From Mycolicibacterium smegmatis (GTDB lineage Bacteria > Actinomycetota > Actinomycetes > Mycobacteriales > Mycobacteriaceae): a stretch of 32,000 nucleotides of DNA. The translations under genes and the position numbers were made by a program. The notes below the pieces were generated by a model, which had not been told where the DNA came from, did not search any database, and was given only the letters and a program-made list of their open reading frames with translations. Shown in pieces: positions 28,149 through 32,000 of the stretch. The stretch covers positions 1,320,001 through 1,352,000 of the forward strand of contig NZ_LN831039.1 of NCBI RefSeq assembly GCF_001457595.1, read 5' to 3'. Positions within the stretch are counted from its first letter, which is position 1; each line of letters opens with the position of its first letter.

Positions 28149-28566
28149 GAGGCGCTGACTTTTCGAGGCTATCCACCAGTAGAGAGTAGAAAGATGCCTG
28201 ATGGGCAGTGAACGACAATAATGCGCTTGGCGATGTCACCAATTCGAGAGTGAGCCCTGACGGTGTTCGCTTTGGGGTCGAGCGGATAATCGTCCATGCC
28301 GTACGACCGTGGTTGCGGTCAGTCTGTTGCCAGGAGTAAATGCTCACGCTTGCAGCAACTATCAGGGCCGTGCTGGTCGTCCTGATCTGGTCGGCGAGAC
28401 GCATCTCTAATAGGACCCCGAGCGTCGATGCTATACCGCTGTAGCGGATTTCTATTACTTGCGCCTCGGTCAGTGCGTCCTGGTCGGCAAATGGGTTGAC
28501 TGCATGAGCGTCGCCAACGGTTGGATTCCCGGGGGACGATGTGAATAGCTGTTCAAGCGTTGGCAT
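28141..28566 (-). pseudogene. 5' fragment (142 codons) of a 170-aa gene split by the ISL3 insertion. It is the fourth gene of the toxin locus and a possible second or orphan immunity protein.
   Basis: ATG at 28566 (MPTLEQLFTSSPGNPTVGDAH...SLEKSAPPDY). After codon 142 the ORF runs into the IS right end and becomes Arg/Cys-rich junk. The native continuation is at 25875..25789. Confidence 0.65.
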
Positions 28567-28667
28567 TCGTCGAGCGTACGTGCTACAGGTAGAGTTCGAG
28601 GGGCGACATTTGTGTAATGGCAGCGCTGGTTGTCAGCGTCTCACTTGTCAGGTTGCGGTGGTGCAAT

Positions 28668-29021
28668 TTAACGTGCCATCGATAAGGCGCGCGCTTTTTC
28701 CAGAAATTCACGTTGCTCGGGCGTGCTGGCCGAGACCGGTCGGTTGATACGGTCAAGGATAACGATCGACGGTGCGAGTACGGACTCCACCATTGCGCGC
28801 CCTACCTGATGGGAGCTGCGGAAATTCTCCTCGAAAACTTTCCGCACAAACGTCTCGAAGGTGGCGGGGTCAATGTAGTAGTAATCCGAAGCCATCGCGC
28901 TTAGTCCAGTGGGGAGGCCGAAGTGATCGCCGAGTTGAGTGAGGAACCGCACGTATAGATCGCCGACGCGTAAAGCGGGACTCCACACGGTGTCATCACC
29001 GACGTCGAAGACGTAGCTCAC
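28668..29021 (-). CDS. Putative cognate immunity protein (117 aa)
   Basis: The GTG at 29021 overlaps the TGA of the toxin gene (GTGA). Sequence VSYVFDVGDDTVWSPALRVGDLYVRFLTQLGDHFGLPTGL...YYIDPATFETFVRKVFEE. The N-terminal F-D-x-G-D-x-T-x-W pattern resembles a small actinobacterial family I recall as DUF6086 (unverified). Lower GC than the core genes. Alternative TTG at 29030. Confidence 0.6.
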   Translation of the reverse strand: MSYVFDVGDDTVWSPALRVGDLYVRFLTQLGDHFGLPTGLSAMASDYYYIDPATFETFVRKVFEENFRSSHQVGRAMVESVLAPSIVILDRINRPVSASTPEQREFLEKARALSMAR

Positions 29022-30760
29022 GAGGTCCAATCTATCAGAATTGTTACGCCCGGGTGCTTCGCTCTGAGTTCGGCTGCAGCCTGCTCAACTGCAGCCCTTA
29101 GCGCAGGATCCACGCCTGGGTTGGTAAATCTGATTCCGATCGGCGCGTTTTCTAGGCCGACGATGAATTGTTGAGATTCGATATATTTCTCTATCTTGTT
29201 CACGAATTGTTTATTTACCCACTGTTCGGGGTTCCCTGCGGACGTTGCAGACTTTTCTTCCCACAGAACCCCATTTTCAACGCGGTCGATGTCGGTGATC
29301 GTTCTTCCTAGGTCACCGGGCTTGTCGCTCTGTATTTCCGTCGCTCCATCTGGGATGTGGTATCTGTCATCGCTTCCCAACATTGGCCGGGACGAATCGG
29401 GGAAGGACACATCACCATCGACCGTGGGCGGCGAGTGATGATCGGGAGTGGGAACGCTGTCAGCGTGCTCGAGGCGTGCTGGGGACTCGGTGGCGGGACC
29501 CGACGACTGCGGATGTTCGGACGATGTGGGTGTCGGATGGTCGACCGGCGCTGTCCCAGGACGATCAAGGGTGGGCGGTGGGTGATGGCCGGCAAGGTTT
29601 GCTGCTGCATCGTCGGCCCGAGCTTCTGCTGCGGCAAGGGCTTTCGGGAGAACGTTTTCACCTGTGAGTCCAGCGGCGCCTTCGAAGGCCTCGCGGCCGA
29701 GTAGGGTTTTCAAGCCGTGGATGGCGGCTTCGCCGCCTCCTTTGACCATGGCCGCCGCCTCGGGTGCTCCGACCGCGAGGGTGACAGCGTTGAAAAGAAG
29801 TTCATCATCTGGGGTGACGCGGCCAGGGTCCGGTGTGTTGGTGGAGACCAGTTTCCCGTCTTTGAAGCTGTAGGAGGTGCCTTTCGCCTGGTCGAAGAAC
29901 TCGCCCGTGCCGTTCTTCAGTTGTCCATAGATTTGGAAGGGCACACCCTTGTCGACGCCGTTGATCAGGAAGTGTCCGTCCGGAGATACCGTCACGGACT
30001 TCGGGTCGATGTTCGAGTAGTCGGGAATGTTCCCCAGGTCGTTGAGGGCGGTGGCCAGTTCAGCTTTCAGCTTGCGGACCTTTTCGAATGCAGGGCTGCC
30101 GGCCCCACCTGTATACGCGGCGCTCATCGCCTCATCGAGCTGCTTCTGTATGCCGCGAATTTTGGTCATCTGGTCGATGACGGCCTGGTTGGTCGCCTCT
30201 TGGAGCTCTTCGAGCAGAACGGTGGGATCTGTGTGCGGCGCACCATCGGGTACCTGGATTGGTTTGTCGGCGACCGCAACCCGCAGCGCGTTCCCTATCT
30301 CGACATCGGTGGCAGTGGCTTTGACAAGTAGAGCTTTGAGCCGCTCCTCGGCGGTCGCCCGCACCCGTTCTCGTTGTGCGGCTTCGTCTTCGTCGGTAAC
30401 GTCCGCGGCTTGAGGATCCACCACCGAGCCATTCGGCTGTATCTGCATACCCAATGACTCGGGCTCGGCGCGCGCGGCTGCCAGTTCGTTGATACACCAA
30501 CGCACGTCTTTGATCGCGGTATCAATGATGCCCGCGACTGCGGTTGTTTCACGATGCTGTTGGTCGACTTCGACCATCGCTTTGCCATGTTCAGTACGCC
30601 ACGCCTCGGCCGCGTCTCCATGCCAATCGTCCAAGCTCTTCTTGGTGGCATCGAGGCCGTCGCCTAGCCGCCGGAGGCTATGACCGGCATTGAGCACACT
30701 GTCTTTCACCTGTTGAAGAAGGCCGACGTCCCACTGCTCGATGTCCGGAATCGAGACCAC
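29018..30760 (-). CDS. Putative T7SS-associated polymorphic toxin: WXG-type N-terminal helical domain, central region, Pro-rich linker, C-terminal PD-(D/E)xK-like domain (580 aa)
   Basis: N-terminus MVSIPDIEQWDVGLLQQVKDSV...LDDWHGDAAEAW (WxG at residues 46-48). Pro/His-rich linker at residues about 391-450. The C-terminal 125 aa contain TITDIDRVENGVLWEEKS (D490/D492...E501-x-K503), consistent with a restriction-endonuclease-fold toxin. The GTG at 30760 lies 3 nt after the upstream stop. Confidence 0.75.
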   Translation of the reverse strand: MVSIPDIEQWDVGLLQQVKDSVLNAGHSLRRLGDGLDATKKSLDDWHGDAAEAWRTEHGKAMVEVDQQHRETTAVAGIIDTAIKDVRWCINELAAARAEPESLGMQIQPNGSVVDPQAADVTDEDEAAQRERVRATAEERLKALLVKATATDVEIGNALRVAVADKPIQVPDGAPHTDPTVLLEELQEATNQAVIDQMTKIRGIQKQLDEAMSAAYTGGAGSPAFEKVRKLKAELATALNDLGNIPDYSNIDPKSVTVSPDGHFLINGVDKGVPFQIYGQLKNGTGEFFDQAKGTSYSFKDGKLVSTNTPDPGRVTPDDELLFNAVTLAVGAPEAAAMVKGGGEAAIHGLKTLLGREAFEGAAGLTGENVLPKALAAAEARADDAAANLAGHHPPPTLDRPGTAPVDHPTPTSSEHPQSSGPATESPARLEHADSVPTPDHHSPPTVDGDVSFPDSSRPMLGSDDRYHIPDGATEIQSDKPGDLGRTITDIDRVENGVLWEEKSATSAGNPEQWVNKQFVNKIEKYIESQQFIVGLENAPIGIRFTNPGVDPALRAAVEQAAAELRAKHPGVTILIDWTS

Positions 30761-30763
30761 GGG

Positions 30764-31072
30764 CTAAAGGGACGTTTCGGACTTCTGAATCTCGTCGGAG
30801 GCGCTATGGTCCGTTGTGAGATAGCCCGCAACGGCTTCGGACATCGCGCTACCGATCCGTCCTACCTCGGTGTGCAATGCAGCCCGTTTGTCCGCCCAAC
30901 ACGTCGCCACGTGCCCGAGGGCGGCGGCGATCTCGCCGTTCCACTTTCCGGCGGCACTCACGAGCTCATCGTCGTGGTTGGAGTGTTCACGTCGTGACGT
31001 GTCCATGTGATCAAGCATGGCGCTTGAAGCGTGATGAAGACTCTCGACATTGACACGCAACGGCTCAGGCAT
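30764..31072 (-). CDS. WXG100/EspC-like small T7SS substrate or chaperone-type protein (102 aa)
   Basis: Size of about 100 aa. Central W44-N-G46 (KWNGE) and C-terminal Y84-L-T-T-D88 (YxxxD secretion motif). N-terminal LRVNVESLHHAS is like the EspC-type L.V....L...A pattern. ATG at 31072 is preceded by GAGGGGGA (31076..31083). Confidence 0.7.
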   Translation of the reverse strand: MPEPLRVNVESLHHASSAMLDHMDTSRREHSNHDDELVSAAGKWNGEIAAALGHVATCWADKRAALHTEVGRIGSAMSEAVAGYLTTDHSASDEIQKSETSL

Positions 31073-31102
31073 AGTTCCCCCTCAGAGAAATACTGATAGA
31101 CA

Positions 31103-31108
31103 ATTTTA
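31103..31108 (-). promoter_or_regulatory. Candidate -10 element (TAAAAT) for the WXG/toxin operon
   Basis: The AT-rich stretch CTAGTAAAATTGTCTATCAGTATTTCTCTGAGGGGGAACTATG on the minus strand has the hexamer about 31 nt upstream of the ATG. No experimental support. Confidence 0.3.
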
Positions 31109-31280
31109 CTAGCCCGGATTTTTCGTCGATGGTGATGGCGGTGGATTTGTAGGGCGTGATGGTTGGTCGGGTGACGTCTGCGGTCACAAGGCATGCTGGG
31201 GTGGTCCCGTGTCGCCGGGTGGGGCGGGCTTTCCCATGGCCGGTAGGTCTTTCGTGATCGATCGGTCGGGAGGCCGGCTG

Positions 31281-32000
31281 TTATCCGAAGGCGGTGCGCA
31301 GGTGTTGCCAGGCGGTGGCGATCGCCGATGCCCAGCGCCAGGTGGCGTCGATGCGCAGCCGGAGTTGGCGGGCGCCGCGGGTGATGCGGGCTGCGACGTG
31401 CAGCACGCGGTAGCGGAACGTGGCGATCTCGGCGCGGGCCAGCGTCGGATCACTGGTGAATCCGATGAGCCGTGCCCAGGTGACCAGGTCGGTGGCGGCC
31501 AGGACGATCTCGAGCCAGGCGGCGTTGGCCCAGAAGCCGTGACACGGCAGGTTGCGTAGGCCGGTGTTCTTGAGTTCGCGGATGCGGTCCTCGACGCGGG
31601 CGTGCTGGCGGTGCCGCAACTCCAGGCCGGCGACTTGGCCGGCCACGACACCGGTGGGTGTGTCGGTGATGAACGCGGTGACGCGCATTCCGTCGGTGTC
31701 GGTGAACCGCAGCTGGGCGCCGGGATGCGGTCTCTCCTTGCGCAGGATCAGCCGGGTGCCCGGCGGCCAGCTGTTGAGGTTGACCAAGGTGGTGGCCTCG
31801 GCGACCCAGGCGCCGTCACGGATGCCGCCGTCGGTGTCGATGGCCGGGTACCAGCCCTCGGCAAGGTTGAGGGTGTCGGCGGCGTCCTGGACGCGGGCGT
31901 CGACGGGGTAGCCGAAGGAGAATCCGACTCCCTGCTCGCGGCAGGCGTCGGCGAATCGGTGGGTGGCTCCGGCGGTGTCGCAACGCACCAGCACCTGGGG
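31281..32000 (-). CDS. IS1380-family transposase, C-terminal part (5' end beyond the window)
   Basis: ..LELRHRQHARVEDRIRELKNTGLRNLPCHGFWANAAWLEIVLAATDLVTWARLIG...RYRVLHVAARITRGARQLRLRIDATWRWA.. is typical of the C-terminal region of IS1380-family DDE transposases. The reading frame stays open to the window edge. The IS terminus must lie between about 31130 and 31280. Confidence 0.8.
   Translation of the reverse strand, partial: PQVLVRCDTAGATHRFADACREQGVGFSFGYPVDARVQDAADTLNLAEGWYPAIDTDGGIRDGAWVAEATTLVNLNSWPPGTRLILRKERPHPGAQLRFTDTDGMRVTAFITDTPTGVVAGQVAGLELRHRQHARVEDRIRELKNTGLRNLPCHGFWANAAWLEIVLAATDLVTWARLIGFTSDPTLARAEIATFRYRVLHVAARITRGARQLRLRIDATWRWASAIATAWQHLRTAFG

Noticed and set aside
27982-28566. 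194-aa ORF treated as an intact gene
   Set aside because: Its last 52 codons read through the ISL3 right inverted repeat into the antisense of the passenger gene, so it is a chimera created by the insertion.
1-32000. CRISPR arrays, rRNA or tRNA genes
   Set aside because: I saw no regularly spaced direct repeats and no rRNA-like or complete tRNA-like sequences on either strand.

Overview
High-GC actinobacterial chromosome. Gene content and order look like a fast-growing Mycobacterium/Mycolicibacterium, and the ISL3 element resembles IS1096 of M. smegmatis; both recognitions are from memory and unverified. The window has two halves. (1) Positions 1-18.8 kb are core metabolism: two small hypothetical genes, sodA, a small hypothetical gene, metE behind a cobalamin riboswitch, and a divergent GntR regulator with an orphan operon (LLM flavin monooxygenase, family III CoA-transferase, CitE-like acyl-CoA lyase). 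These are followed by prpR, a translationally coupled prpD-prpB-prpC-pyc block (methylcitrate cycle plus pyruvate carboxylase), and a convergent non-canonical MTHFR-like gene. (2) Positions 18.8-32 kb are a mobile-element mosaic. It contains a decayed IS256-family transposase fragment, a recombinase-in-trio (RIT) element with three start/stop-overlapping tyrosine recombinase genes plus a fourth small HTH/coiled-coil ORF, a complete ISL3-family IS with 27-bp inverted repeats and a perfect 8-bp target duplication, and the 3' part of an IS1380-family transposase running off the window. Between the ISL3 and IS1380 elements lies the most interesting locus. It is a four-gene minus-strand operon encoding a 102-aa WXG100-like protein (WxG plus C-terminal YxxxD), a 580-aa protein, a GTGA-overlapping 117-aa putative immunity protein, and a second small gene split by the ISL3 insertion. 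The 580-aa protein has a WXG-type N-terminus, a Pro-rich linker and a low-GC C-terminal domain with a PD-(D/E)xK-like motif. I read this locus as an uncharacterised type VII secretion-linked polymorphic toxin/immunity cassette. I found no rRNA, tRNA or CRISPR array.
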